In this document: positions 28,215-38,360 of the stretch, piece after piece
Numbering within the stretch: the stretch's first letter is position 1
How the letters are laid out: every line of letters begins with the position of its first letter
Assembly (NCBI GenBank): GCA_038884715.1
Contig: JAWABG010000001.1
Span: 38,287-102,286 of the forward strand
Direction of reading: 5' to 3'
DNA length: 64,000 nucleotides
DNA from: Candidatus Woesearchaeota archaeon
GTDB lineage: Archaea; Nanobdellota; Nanobdellia; Woesearchaeales; UBA9642
Notes under the pieces: model-generated
Seen by the model: only the letters and a program-made list of their open reading frames with translations
What the model was told of the DNA's origin: nothing
Database searches by the model: none
Program-made: the position numbers and the translations under genes

Positions 28215-31200
28215 TCACGTAACATCTATAAGTATGTGTGGACCGAATGTGTTGCTTAATCTTATCCTTACTTGGTGCCTTTCTTCTTTATTACCCCCCC
28301 TGTCATAACTAAAGTAGTATAATATCTTTTCATAATTGTTGTTGGGAAATTGCAGTTCTATAGGATTAAGAGGATTATACACATTATAGTTTTCATCAAT
28401 AGCACAGTTCGGATTTGAATCAGGATCATCTCCTACAATGCAGTATCTTGTTTCATTACAGCCAAAGTTGAAATCAATTATACCATAATACATCAAAGTT
28501 GGCTTAGTGTCATTACAAATAAATCCTAGTTTGAGCTGTGTATTATTATAAACATAATTTGGATCAAATGGAAGCCCAGTCACAACATTCATTAACGTTG
28601 TAATTGGTGGAAGCTTGTCAATACCAAACAAAATCGAGTCTCCTAAATCTCCTTGTTTTATTTTTCTATAGTTTGTAAAATTACAGGAAGTATAATAACC
28701 GTAAACTCCTGACTCTGTTGTTTCTGTTGTTGACCAATGATATAGGCCTCCTGTTGTTGAAAATGGAGTTCCTGCACTGTAAATAGGGCTTGAATTTTCT
28801 GTAATTCTGTTGTATCTACATTCAGCAATACTTGAAGTATTAACAGAAATTACAACACTATCAGTCCTTAATGTGCCTCTGGGTTGCGGGTTACTAATAC
28901 TCTTATCAGCATTCAGGATTATTTCCTCTTGCCAAGTGCCGAGATTGCCATAGTCATCAACACACTCAACATTCCATGTATAGTGAGCATCACTCATATA
29001 ATAATAATTTGCATTAAATATTTCACTCATTCCGTGGAATCCGCCCGGAATATAAACTAGAGGATTTTCTGGAATTTGAATAATTTTTGATAATCTACCT
29101 TGGCAGATTGCTTTGTCATTTGTTGTGCATACAATTGATAAATTACTAACCCATACATCAGTACTCTGAGCTGTTTCAAACGATTCTATTATATAATTAC
29201 AATAAATAAGCGGAGGTGATGTATCAATATATAACCGCACGCTTTTTACTGGCTCAATATTTTTAGAGAGGTCCTCTGAAAAATAAAGAAGATCATAAAC
29301 TGCAGATGGCATACTTGTTGTTATTGTTTGAAGATTACTCATACCTTGAATATTAGGGTAATCACATGAAGGACGAATAGATGGAGGAGTTGTAAGTATA
29401 TTCCTTGTGTTTCCTTCCCTTAAAGGATTAACTGAACTAACGTAGTTTAGACAAAAATATGTTGTTGTATTCCCACTATAATAATCATCAGATACAAAAT
29501 ACTCAACATTAAAGTTTTCTCCTGCACCATATATTGGATAAATATATCCATCAGTAGCGTTTCTCAATATTATTGTTGTATTAGGTGGGGTATTGTCATG
29601 AATACATTTTATTGGGTCTGTATTATAAGCACAATCATTCAAAAAATTTTGATCAGCATCTTTAATACATTTCAAGACAGAGTCCCATTTACAGGTTCCA
29701 AAACCAAAATAATCATTACTTCTTGTTATAAACTGGTTTGTCCCAGAAACTTTTTTACGATTATTCCAAGAGACATCTATCAACGACTCTTTTCTTCCAA
29801 TACTAGGAACATGATTAATACAATCAGCTTCTGTGTCAAATTCTTTGCACCCCATAATTTTTTTATGAACACAACTTTGACCAGGCAAAACACCACTACC
29901 ATCTCTGTTATAATAGCAATTACCATACAATTTACATAATTCAGTATTACACCCACCAAATAATTCATTACATTTTGAACAATTCTGAAGAGCCTCATTA
30001 ACTGGCCTACAAATACCAATACCGAGTTCTGTGTCTTGGCCAATAGTTTGCCCTAATGGTGCCCATTCACATACAGCAGGGTTTGTAGTAAACTTATTAC
30101 AAGGATCATTTAAACAACTTTCTTTTGATTTATAATCATAGCATGTTGTTACGTTCGTGCAGTATTCGTATTTATTTGTATTAGTAAATGTTTTTTCAAG
30201 GTAGCATATATTATAAACACTCATATCTGAATCTCCCATATCTTTACAGTTTACAGAGTCATAAATATCATCAGAACCTGCATAATAATAATCAACAAAA
30301 AAATTCAAGTATGCAAACATACCATAAATTCCGTTACATTTATCACAGGGACCTTGATAAGCACATTGTGCCTCGGGAGGATCTGCTACATTCATTATAC
30401 AAATTGTGTCAGTGCCACAAGGCAAACTTACTCTCCTATTTGACTCATCACATCTTCCTATAGTGTTATGATCTATACAAAAACTAGTTTGATTTGAATT
30501 ATAACAATAATCATCTCCTGTTGTTAAACATTTTGTATTTGACTCATTTGACTCTCTTCCATTATTAAAGACTGCAGTAATGTTGTAACAATATTCAGTA
30601 TTACTTAGAATATCGTTAGTATCTATATAATTATTATAGTATACTGGAATTTGTGTTAGCCTGCCGTTGTATTTCTTATTTATAATAAAATGATCTAAAC
30701 AATTGCCTCCATTAAATTCCCAGTTTAATCTTAATGCCCTTGTTCTGTTTAGGTGAGAAATATTTTTTAGTACAGGAACTGATTGTTCACAAGTATTTGG
30801 GCAGATTCTTGTTCCTGCACAATCAATTGCACAATAAGGATTACATTCATTATAATCAGGAAGTATTTGACATGTATTATCACCACAGTAAGGATTTGAC
30901 CTACAATGACATTGTCCTAACTCTCCTTTTGGTATACACAAATCTCTTGGACATGTATTTTGTGGAGGCCCTGGCCAAAAATCTGTTCCATTAAGATAAC
31001 ACTCTTCTCCTTGATCGTGATCATTAATACTTCTACAGAATGAATCGTCAGAAATTACGCAATTAATTACATCTATACTTGGAGGACCGTTACAAGTCAA
31101 GTCTATACAGGTTCTTATTTGATAACCCGTGCCACCGCCATAATTATTACATTGAGAAATTGTGCAATCTCCATAAACTGAATTGCAAGGACTTGAACAG

Positions 31201-31808
31201 TTAAGTATTATATCAAGTACTATATTTTCATTATTTATTAAAACATAACTTGTATTTTGCAAACAGCTTTCTCGGGTTGTGATTATTGTATAGGGAATTA
31301 TTCTATTAACAAACCCAGTAAGTGTATATTCTCCTGATGTACTTGTAACAACACTCGGCCCGCCACTTATACCTATTGTAGCTCCTTCTAGAGCATGACC
31401 AAATGTTCCATTATAAACATGACCACTTACAGTATATCGAGTTTGTATTCTTCTTTGACAAAAATTCAAACAACTATCAATTGCTTCAGGATAGTCATTA
31501 ATATAAAAAAATTCCCAAATATTGTTGTTTGGACATATGAACCTATAAATATTAGAATTCTGACCACTGTAAGAGTCGGGTGGATTACAGCAACATCCCA
31601 GATTACAAGAAGGAATTTGATTACAATCAGTGTCATAATATTGGCCTCCTGCCCCAATACATTGTTGTTGCATAATACTAGAATCACATCTTTGACTATG
31701 TATGATGCAGCAGCTCGCACTTACAGAGACAGATAGTGATATTAATGCAAAAAAGAATATAGATAAAACTAAGAATATACTTAACAACCTTGCTTTATTT
31801 TCTAACAT
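28215..31808 (-). CDS. Giant secreted Cys-rich multidomain protein (carboxypeptidase-regulatory-like, FnIII-like and Ig-like domains)
   Basis: Sec signal ending VSA|SCC. YTVSGHVYN...LEGATI...TSTSGEYTL. LRLNW...YCYNITAV...ESNESN. Repeated DxxPPxT Ig-like starts. Very Cys-rich. Confidence 0.75.
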   Translation of the reverse strand: MLENKARLLSIFLVLSIFFFALISLSVSVSASCCIIHSQRCDSSIMQQQCIGAGGQYYDTDCNQIPSCNLGCCCNPPDSYSGQNSNIYRFICPNNNIWEFFYINDYPEAIDSCLNFCQRRIQTRYTVSGHVYNGTFGHALEGATIGISGGPSVVTSTSGEYTLTGFVNRIIPYTIITTRESCLQNTSYVLINNENIVLDIILNCSSPCNSVYGDCTISQCNNYGGGTGYQIRTCIDLTCNGPPSIDVINCVISDDSFCRSINDHDQGEECYLNGTDFWPGPPQNTCPRDLCIPKGELGQCHCRSNPYCGDNTCQILPDYNECNPYCAIDCAGTRICPNTCEQSVPVLKNISHLNRTRALRLNWEFNGGNCLDHFIINKKYNGRLTQIPVYYNNYIDTNDILSNTEYCYNITAVFNNGRESNESNTKCLTTGDDYCYNSNQTSFCIDHNTIGRCDESNRRVSLPCGTDTICIMNVADPPEAQCAYQGPCDKCNGIYGMFAYLNFFVDYYYAGSDDIYDSVNCKDMGDSDMSVYNICYLEKTFTNTNKYEYCTNVTTCYDYKSKESCLNDPCNKFTTNPAVCEWAPLGQTIGQDTELGIGICRPVNEALQNCSKCNELFGGCNTELCKLYGNCYYNRDGSGVLPGQSCVHKKIMGCKEFDTEADCINHVPSIGRKESLIDVSWNNRKKVSGTNQFITRSNDYFGFGTCKWDSVLKCIKDADQNFLNDCAYNTDPIKCIHDNTPPNTTIILRNATDGYIYPIYGAGENFNVEYFVSDDYYSGNTTTYFCLNYVSSVNPLREGNTRNILTTPPSIRPSCDYPNIQGMSNLQTITTSMPSAVYDLLYFSEDLSKNIEPVKSVRLYIDTSPPLIYCNYIIESFETAQSTDVWVSNLSIVCTTNDKAICQGRLSKIIQIPENPLVYIPGGFHGMSEIFNANYYYMSDAHYTWNVECVDDYGNLGTWQEEIILNADKSISNPQPRGTLRTDSVVISVNTSSIAECRYNRITENSSPIYSAGTPFSTTGGLYHWSTTETTESGVYGYYTSCNFTNYRKIKQGDLGDSILFGIDKLPPITTLMNVVTGLPFDPNYVYNNTQLKLGFICNDTKPTLMYYGIIDFNFGCNETRYCIVGDDPDSNPNCAIDENYNVYNPLNPIELQFPNNNYEKILYYFSYDRGGNKEERHQVRIRLSNTFGPHILIDVT

Positions 31809-32041
31809 CTTTTCACAATATTTTTTTATATTTCACTTTTATTCTTACTATTTATTTATTTTTACTATTTTATTATTAATGGCTTGTTAGTATCCTACTT
31901 TTAAATTATTAATTTTATTTTTTATTATGTTGTGTTTTTTCTTATTTCATTTTATATTATTATTTTTATTATTAATTATATTAAAATATTATTATATTAA
32001 AAATTATACTAAAAATTATGTTTCATATATAAATAGTTTGC

Positions 32042-32094
32042 TGTTTAGAGATATGCGTAATAGACACACCAATCGGGTGTATATGACTCAAACA
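32042..32094 (-). terminator. Imperfect stem-loop just downstream of the 32103-34943 stop codon
   Basis: tgttt(a)gag ... ctc aaaca outer stem with acacc/ggtgt inner stem (32066-32080), GC-richer than the surrounding AT spacer. Confidence 0.35.
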
Positions 32095-32102
32095 CGGATT
32101 TA

Positions 32103-34943
32103 TTAAGGACAAACCCAACCAATATTTGGATTACATTGAATACTATTGCAATCATTAATATCCTCAAAAAGAGTGCATTGACCAGTTGCATCACAGCTCT
32201 GAGTTCCGTAATAACATATATTACCGTTCACGGTTCCAGCTAGAGGGCAGTAATCTCTATTTTGCTGAAACTGTGACGGCGTACATATTTCTTTATAGCA
32301 GTAATTGTTAACTAAACATATTGGATTAGATTGAGTGCAAAAAGTTGTGTGAGTTGTAAATGTACAAGAATTATAATTACAATAGTTCTCACAAATATTT
32401 TGATTCCATCTAACGTCATTTGTTCTATCATCACATTGTGCATTACACACAGGGGCTCCTTCAATATCTTCTCGTTCATTTGGAATCCCGTCTGAACAGT
32501 GCAATGTATTAATAATAGGTCTATTACATAAACCAGTATTACATCCTGCTTTTGCAACAAAGACCCCTCCCTCTCCATAAACATTTTGTGATGAACATGC
32601 ATATGCCTCATTACATATTCCATCTGCTTGTTCACCACCCCCTGCATTAAAGCCAAATATCTGTTCAAATGTTTGAGCACTGTGTTGATTTTGATAATAA
32701 ACACACATAACTTGCTGCGGTTGGGGATCTGTGGGAGGTCCCATACATCTTTCTGCTCCGGGATTTATATTGTCATAATCCGGACAAACTGTTTCAAGAG
32801 TTCTTATTTCTTGAGCATCACCATTACAAATATTTCCTCTTTCACCATCACATTTTCTTGTAAATTCTCTTCTAAAAACATCATTAACTGCATTTGTTTC
32901 TGATATTCCTTGCAAATTAAAATTAATTGGATGACCGAAAGGAATTATATCGCTAAAATCATTCATCTGTCCCCACTCAATTTTATTATAACAAATAGTT
33001 GTTGATGGAGCAAGAGACCAAGTACTGGGTTCATCCATCTCACCCATACAGCAAGAATGATTAGCCATCCATGCATCTGTTGTGTTATATGGAAATGCGA
33101 AAGAGTTATTTCTGTGAGGCAAACAATGTTTTACATCAAGTTCTAGTATTGCGGGAGTGCTATATCTAGTGGGATTTGTTGCTCTAACAATTAAAGAAAT
33201 ATTATGTTTTTGAGGTATAGAAAAATTTAATGGACGGATATTTAATATATCGAATGTTTCACCTGGGATTGTTAAAAAAGGAATGGTTGTATTATAATAA
33301 AAAACTTGAAGTAGTATATCGAGTAGTGATGTGGTTCCATTCCAAAAATAAGTATTTATCTCTCCTCCGAATTGAACTCTTGAATTAATTGCGTTAAAAA
33401 AATATGGATCTTCAACAGAAGCAAATTCATCAGGAATATCATTATAAAGATTAGAACCGTTTATTTTAGCAATTGGCAAGTCAAATATTAGAATTTTAAC
33501 GGTTTGAAAATCAAGTAATCCTTCATCATCCCAAGCAGATATATTAACTTCATGATATCCTATATCTGAGCTATTTGTTTTGTAACTTGCACTAATATTT
33601 GTTTGCAAAAACAAACTAGACCTCGTCCAATTTTTTTGTTGAGTGTTATAATGTATCATGCATCTTGAAATATTTTCCAAACTTGTGTCTTGACAACTAT
33701 TATCAAAAAGATCATCATAATCCTCTTTCCATCCCGAATAATTATACTTTATGGCGTCTTCATCAGGATCAGATGCATTCGGATAAAAATATATTGTCTG
33801 ATTTTCAATTATCTGCAAATCTATAAATCTTGTTTGTAAATCGTTTTGGTGAATATAGTCAAGAGCTGGTCTTCTGTTTTTTATTGAAAATTGAAACAAG
33901 TATGGCTTTCCCCGCATCATCGACAAATTATCTGTAATTACAATTACATCATCAAACCTTGTGTTCGGATTATTTGGCTGAACATTGTTATAAAATTTTA
34001 TGTTAAAATTTGTATCCCAAGAATTCAGTGTCCAATACTCCTTAGTTTTGTTAAAATATATATCACTAACATCCTTCTGAATCAATTCAAAAACATAATT
34101 GTAAATATTTATTATTCTAATATTTGAATCATAACTGAAAGAATGATATCTTAGAAAAGGTTTTCCTTTCACTATCACTTCAAATGGAAATTCAACTTTA
34201 ACATTAAATCCTGATTTTCCAAAAGTTACTGTTGTATTTATATTCTCTTTAAGAGTAATATTTTCAACGTAATAAGAATAATGAGAAAAATTAATACAGC
34301 TCGGGAGTTTTTTATTAATATAGTCTTCCAATTGCTCTTGAATGCTGATTTGACCTATGCCAGAATATGTCTGATAATCGCAGCTAATGTTTAAAGATGC
34401 AAAATTACTAACACCAATTCTGTTGGATCCTAGTCTATTACATAATTTTGTAATATTATTTAATCCAAAAAAACCTCCAGGAGTAGTATAATAGTTGCAT
34501 TCACTTCTAATATAATGTGGTCTAAGATTGACAAAATAGCTATACTCTAAAGGATATTCTGGTGGATATAGTTTTACTAGTGGACAAAGAGTGTTGGGTA
34601 TTACTCCATAAGAAACATCATAAGAATTGTTTGAGGTATTAAAAACCAAATAATTTACTCCGAGTATTCCTTTTTCAAATAACCCTTGTTGCTCAGATGT
34701 ATTATAAATTCTTCCTCCTTGCTCCCCGAGTAATATCAATCCTTCATTTGTAGTAATTTCAAGACAGTCTGTAACATACTTCTGTAAAGAAGATTGCAAA
34801 ATAAATTCTGAGAGCGCCTTGTCTGCCAAAACAATATTTCTATTAGATTGAAGTAGTAACTTTGCATAAAACATAAAACCAAATACAAATATTATAACTA
34901 TAACTAGCAAAATAAATATAGTAAACTGCCCTCTTTTTTGCAT
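32103..34943 (-). CDS. Giant class III signal (pilin-like) protein with cadherin/PKD-like domains and Cys-rich C-terminus; first gene of the array
   Basis: MQKRG|QFTIFILLVIVIIFVFG. NRRPAL...NASDPDEDAIKYNYSGW Ig/cadherin-like module. Cys-rich C-terminal third. Confidence 0.8.
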   Translation of the reverse strand: MQKRGQFTIFILLVIVIIFVFGFMFYAKLLLQSNRNIVLADKALSEFILQSSLQKYVTDCLEITTNEGLILLGEQGGRIYNTSEQQGLFEKGILGVNYLVFNTSNNSYDVSYGVIPNTLCPLVKLYPPEYPLEYSYFVNLRPHYIRSECNYYTTPGGFFGLNNITKLCNRLGSNRIGVSNFASLNISCDYQTYSGIGQISIQEQLEDYINKKLPSCINFSHYSYYVENITLKENINTTVTFGKSGFNVKVEFPFEVIVKGKPFLRYHSFSYDSNIRIINIYNYVFELIQKDVSDIYFNKTKEYWTLNSWDTNFNIKFYNNVQPNNPNTRFDDVIVITDNLSMMRGKPYLFQFSIKNRRPALDYIHQNDLQTRFIDLQIIENQTIYFYPNASDPDEDAIKYNYSGWKEDYDDLFDNSCQDTSLENISRCMIHYNTQQKNWTRSSLFLQTNISASYKTNSSDIGYHEVNISAWDDEGLLDFQTVKILIFDLPIAKINGSNLYNDIPDEFASVEDPYFFNAINSRVQFGGEINTYFWNGTTSLLDILLQVFYYNTTIPFLTIPGETFDILNIRPLNFSIPQKHNISLIVRATNPTRYSTPAILELDVKHCLPHRNNSFAFPYNTTDAWMANHSCCMGEMDEPSTWSLAPSTTICYNKIEWGQMNDFSDIIPFGHPINFNLQGISETNAVNDVFRREFTRKCDGERGNICNGDAQEIRTLETVCPDYDNINPGAERCMGPPTDPQPQQVMCVYYQNQHSAQTFEQIFGFNAGGGEQADGICNEAYACSSQNVYGEGGVFVAKAGCNTGLCNRPIINTLHCSDGIPNEREDIEGAPVCNAQCDDRTNDVRWNQNICENYCNYNSCTFTTHTTFCTQSNPICLVNNYCYKEICTPSQFQQNRDYCPLAGTVNGNICYYGTQSCDATGQCTLFEDINDCNSIQCNPNIGWVCP

Positions 34944-35100
34944 AACATATATTATCGGGAGAATATTATTTATAAAATTATTGTTAAAACAAAAATTTTC
35001 AAAAAATTTTAATTAATAAAATTAATAATGTATAATATTTTTAAATTCCTTTCTGATAATTAATTTGAAAAGATTATATGACAATAACAGTTTTATTTTT

Positions 35101-35487
35101 TTAAGATTTGTCTTTTTTAGGTTTTTCTTTTTTTTCATTTTTTGCTTTTTTTTTCTGTTCTACCACAGATTTCTTTTTAGTATTTAAATCAAATATTTTT
35201 TCTTTAGTCTTTCTTTGATGAATAGGTCTGCTTGTTTTCTGTTTTGGCTTTTTGTCAACAATATCTAAACCCAACTCTTTAAAGACTTTCACAACATCAG
35301 AATGTGATGCGCCTTTCTTGATATCAACAACATCTGCTAAAGGTTCCAAATGCTTAACATTAACTTTTTTTCTTCGCGTAAGCCCATCAATTAGCACATA
35401 ATTAGAATCAATTTTGTCAATAATAACACATTTTTTATTGCTATCCCTTCCTGCAATTTTTACACACAATCTTCCTACTTCCATCAT
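35101..35487 (-). CDS. rpl14e: 50S ribosomal protein eL14; start revised to ATG 35487
   Basis: EVGRLCVKIAGRDSNKKCVII...NVKHLEP. SD GAGGTGA overlaps the track's GTG start. Confidence 0.95.
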   Translation of the reverse strand: MMEVGRLCVKIAGRDSNKKCVIIDKIDSNYVLIDGLTRRKKVNVKHLEPLADVVDIKKGASHSDVVKVFKELGLDIVDKKPKQKTSRPIHQRKTKEKIFDLNTKKKSVVEQKKKAKNEKKEKPKKDKS

Positions 35488-35499
35488 TTTAGTCACCTC

Positions 35500-35540
35500 T
35501 CCTCTCAGAAATGCATTCGTCGCCGAGATGCAAAAGAGGA
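35500..35540 (-). promoter_or_regulatory. GNRA-capped RNA hairpin abutting the eL14 Shine-Dalgarno (candidate r-protein leader)
   Basis: mRNA reads UCCUCU-UU-UGCAU-C-UCG-GCGA-CGA-AUGCA-UUUCUG-AGAGGA, then GAGGUGA-CUAAA-AUG. Confidence 0.55.
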
Positions 35541-35553
35541 TATTAATTTAACT

Positions 35554-35823
35554 TTAATTTATTTGTCTAGCGTAACTCTTAATTGTTTCTCTTGAACATG
35601 AACTACACAACACGCCACCGTAGGGCCTTTCAGGTCTTTTTTTAGTTTTTGGCATGTTATGCATTTTATAAGGTCTTTCACGCGGAACTCCCTTAAGCAC
35701 AGCACCACAATTAGCACAATGAGCTATTTTAGGCTTTCTTTTTAAGTATCTTGCTACAGTACTTTTTGTAACTCTTACTTTAACTCGTCTATAACTTCTT
35801 GATCTTAAACTTGGTCTTACCAT
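35554..35823 (-). CDS. rpl34e: 50S ribosomal protein eL34
   Basis: RSRSYRR...CANCG...RPERPYGGVLCSSC. Confidence 0.96.
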   Translation of the reverse strand: MVRPSLRSRSYRRVKVRVTKSTVARYLKRKPKIAHCANCGAVLKGVPRERPYKMHNMPKTKKRPERPYGGVLCSSCSRETIKSYARQIN

Positions 35824-35845
35824 AGACGTGAGAAATTGGCGGGTG

Positions 35846-35861
35846 TTTATAAAGTTTATGG
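35846..35861 (-). promoter_or_regulatory. BRE-TATA promoter of eL34-eL14
   Basis: CCATAAAC-TTTATAAA, 22 nt upstream of the eL34 ATG. Confidence 0.55.
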
Positions 35862-35964
35862 GATGGTTAGTTTGAATATTTACTTTATTCCTTTATTTAT
35901 TCTAATAATTTAGAAAAAATAACATAGAATCTGGTAAAGGCTCACAATACAAAAATAAAAATAA

Positions 35965-36708
35965 TTAATATACTTTCATAATCTTTCTTAAGCCAATACT
36001 CATTAATATTGAAAAAATAATATAAACCCATATCCAAGACAATCTCCCAATAACAGGAACTCCTTCAAAAGGTTTTATTTCTTTATTTCCAATAATTATT
36101 TTTTTGAATTCTTTAGTTTTGTCATTAACTGCCAAAACTGGCTGTTCATATTTTCTCAAAGAAGAAATTACTAATTTTTTATCATATGTGTTGTTCTTGT
36201 ATATAAATGTCAGCACATAACTTCCTTCCTCTCCACTCAAAACCCAGTCAGCTTTGGTGTTGTCAACAATATTTTTCGTTTTTTTATCTATTTTAAGGGG
36301 AGGATTTGACTCAAGAGTTACAGTAGGTTGTGTTGCTCTATCAAAAATCGCGGTCACATTAAATTCTGTGTTTGGTAGTATTTGTTCATATGCAATATGG
36401 CTGTTAAGCCAAGCAAATAAAATAATAATTGGCAGAAATGTATAAAGAGTGCTCTTAAATGAATGTTTCATATACTTAAAATTTACTTCCATTGACTTTT
36501 TTTGAATCTCCATAAGCTTCTTTGTGTTGTTTTTCGCTTCCCTCATCTCTTTTTGATACTTACTGAGCTGCTCCTTAAGTCTCTTCATTTCTTTTTGATC
36601 AGTTGTATACTTATAAACAAGTATAATTACAAAATTAATTACAAAACAAATTAGAAATATAGCTAAACCTGGATGAATGTGCCACAAAAAAAAGTTGTCG
36701 AGTACCAT
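35965..36708 (-). CDS. DUF106 / EMC3-TMCO1 (Oxa1 superfamily) membrane protein with inserted beta domain
   Basis: TM, coiled coil (TDQKEMKRLKEQL...), TM, then WIWVYIIFSI...LRKIMKVY. Canonical position after secY. Confidence 0.88.
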   Translation of the reverse strand: MVLDNFFLWHIHPGLAIFLICFVINFVIILVYKYTTDQKEMKRLKEQLSKYQKEMREAKNNTKKLMEIQKKSMEVNFKYMKHSFKSTLYTFLPIIILFAWLNSHIAYEQILPNTEFNVTAIFDRATQPTVTLESNPPLKIDKKTKNIVDNTKADWVLSGEEGSYVLTFIYKNNTYDKKLVISSLRKYEQPVLAVNDKTKEFKKIIIGNKEIKPFEGVPVIGRLSWIWVYIIFSILMSIGLRKIMKVY

Positions 36709-36835
36709 GTTTATTTTATCGGTTATTTTTATTTTATTTTAACTTGTATTTATAAATGTGATCAACAAATATGTATCCATTAAAAATATGTATTCATAAG
36801 TAAATAATTTAATTTATTATTTGCAGAGACAAGAG

Positions 36836-38218
36836 TTAGCCTCCCATGAATTTTCTCATCATTGGATTCATATCCATCAAGTGTTGACGAGCAATATCTT
36901 CATATAATCTGTAAATTATCATAACAGTTAGCAATATTCCAGTTCCTCTAGACAGTGCTCCTAATAAGTCCGCAGTTGCTGCAAGTAATCCCACGGCTAT
37001 TGCACCCATCACTGTTAGTGGCCAGATGTATCTGTTTAAATGCCTTTCAAGAACTCTTTCATCTCTTCTGAATCCTGGCATTTGCCAACCATAACTCATC
37101 ATCTGTTTTGCTTGGCTTTTCGCATCTAATCCTGCACTCTGAACCCAAAAAATACTGAAAATAATAGAACCTACAATCATAACAAGGAGGTAAAGGAATA
37201 CATAACCAATTAATGACCAAGTAACAGTGCCTGTTATTATACTTTTTAAAAGCTCAACTCCTTGCAACCATTGTAATGACTGAGCATTTGCTCCAAACAG
37301 AGTTGCAAATAATTGCACATTGGCCAATAAGGCCGCGATAAGAATTACTGGAATATTACTTGTATAAATAAAATTCAGCGGCCATCTTACTCCATGACCT
37401 CTTATCCTGCCATAACTAAGGGGTATTTCAACTTTCATTGATTGAGCATAAATTGAAATAGCAAATATTAAGGCAGTTGCGAGTATTGATGCTACTGCTA
37501 AAAGAAATAACTGTGGACTTCCTCCAACTAGACCCATATACATCTCCCATAATCTTCCTGCAGCATTCTCTACTCCTCCAAACGGCTGACCAAAAGCACC
37601 TGTATTTGCAAGAGGAGACAATAGCTTAATGAATATTTCTTGACTAACCCCCGCAGCAATAAATAAACTAATACCCGACCCAAACCCCCATTTGCTTACT
37701 ACCTCATCCATAAATAAAACAATAAGGCCTCCTATTGTTAGTTGAACTATTAAAATAAGTTGTAAGGAAAAATATAGGCTTGAGCCTCGCGTAACCACAC
37801 CCCCTAGTGCACCATCGGGACTTAATCCCCCCATGAAAACATAGATTCCTGCTTCAAGAATAATAAAAAATATTGACATTAATTTTTGTAATCCTTGAAA
37901 TTTTGCTCTTTCATCAGGTTTAGTTAGATCGAATTTTAACATACCTGTTCCGTTTAATAATTGCAACACAATGCCTGCTGTAACAATTGGACCTATTCCT
38001 AAACTAACTAAGCTACCAAAACTTGCTCCGAGTATTATTGACAAGTACTGGAATTGTGCAAGAGAATTAGTACCTAACCCAAATAAAGGTATTGTTCCCA
38101 TTATAAAAAATAAAATAAGAATAATAAGTGTCCATGTTAGTTTTGTCTTGAACTGAAGCCTTTTCTGAGTGGGACCGGCAACTTCAGGAAGATTTGTAAG
38201 GAATGATGTGAATGACAT
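36836..38218 (-). CDS. secY: Preprotein translocase SecY
   Basis: LGIGPIVTAGIVLQLL, WGFGSGISLFIAAG, YTSNIPVIL, PGFRRD. Confidence 0.98.
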   Translation of the reverse strand: MSFTSFLTNLPEVAGPTQKRLQFKTKLTWTLIILILFFIMGTIPLFGLGTNSLAQFQYLSIILGASFGSLVSLGIGPIVTAGIVLQLLNGTGMLKFDLTKPDERAKFQGLQKLMSIFFIILEAGIYVFMGGLSPDGALGGVVTRGSSLYFSLQLILIVQLTIGGLIVLFMDEVVSKWGFGSGISLFIAAGVSQEIFIKLLSPLANTGAFGQPFGGVENAAGRLWEMYMGLVGGSPQLFLLAVASILATALIFAISIYAQSMKVEIPLSYGRIRGHGVRWPLNFIYTSNIPVILIAALLANVQLFATLFGANAQSLQWLQGVELLKSIITGTVTWSLIGYVFLYLLVMIVGSIIFSIFWVQSAGLDAKSQAKQMMSYGWQMPGFRRDERVLERHLNRYIWPLTVMGAIAVGLLAATADLLGALSRGTGILLTVMIIYRLYEDIARQHLMDMNPMMRKFMGG

Positions 38219-38360
38219 TTTTTATATTTTTATAAATGTTTTTTAATATTTATATCTCTTTTTTTTAAAAAAAAAATCTTCTTTTTAATAAATTATATTT
38301 TTAATAAAAATTATATTTTTAATAAATTTAATAAATATCATTTTTGTAGTGCCACCTTAA

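Noticed and set aside
9148..34943. Array as a provirus, conjugative element or archaellum operon
   Set aside because: No integrase, capsid, terminase, relaxase, VirB4 or ArlH/I/J genes, no att-like repeats, and it sits directly between core genes (rpa region and rpl14e).
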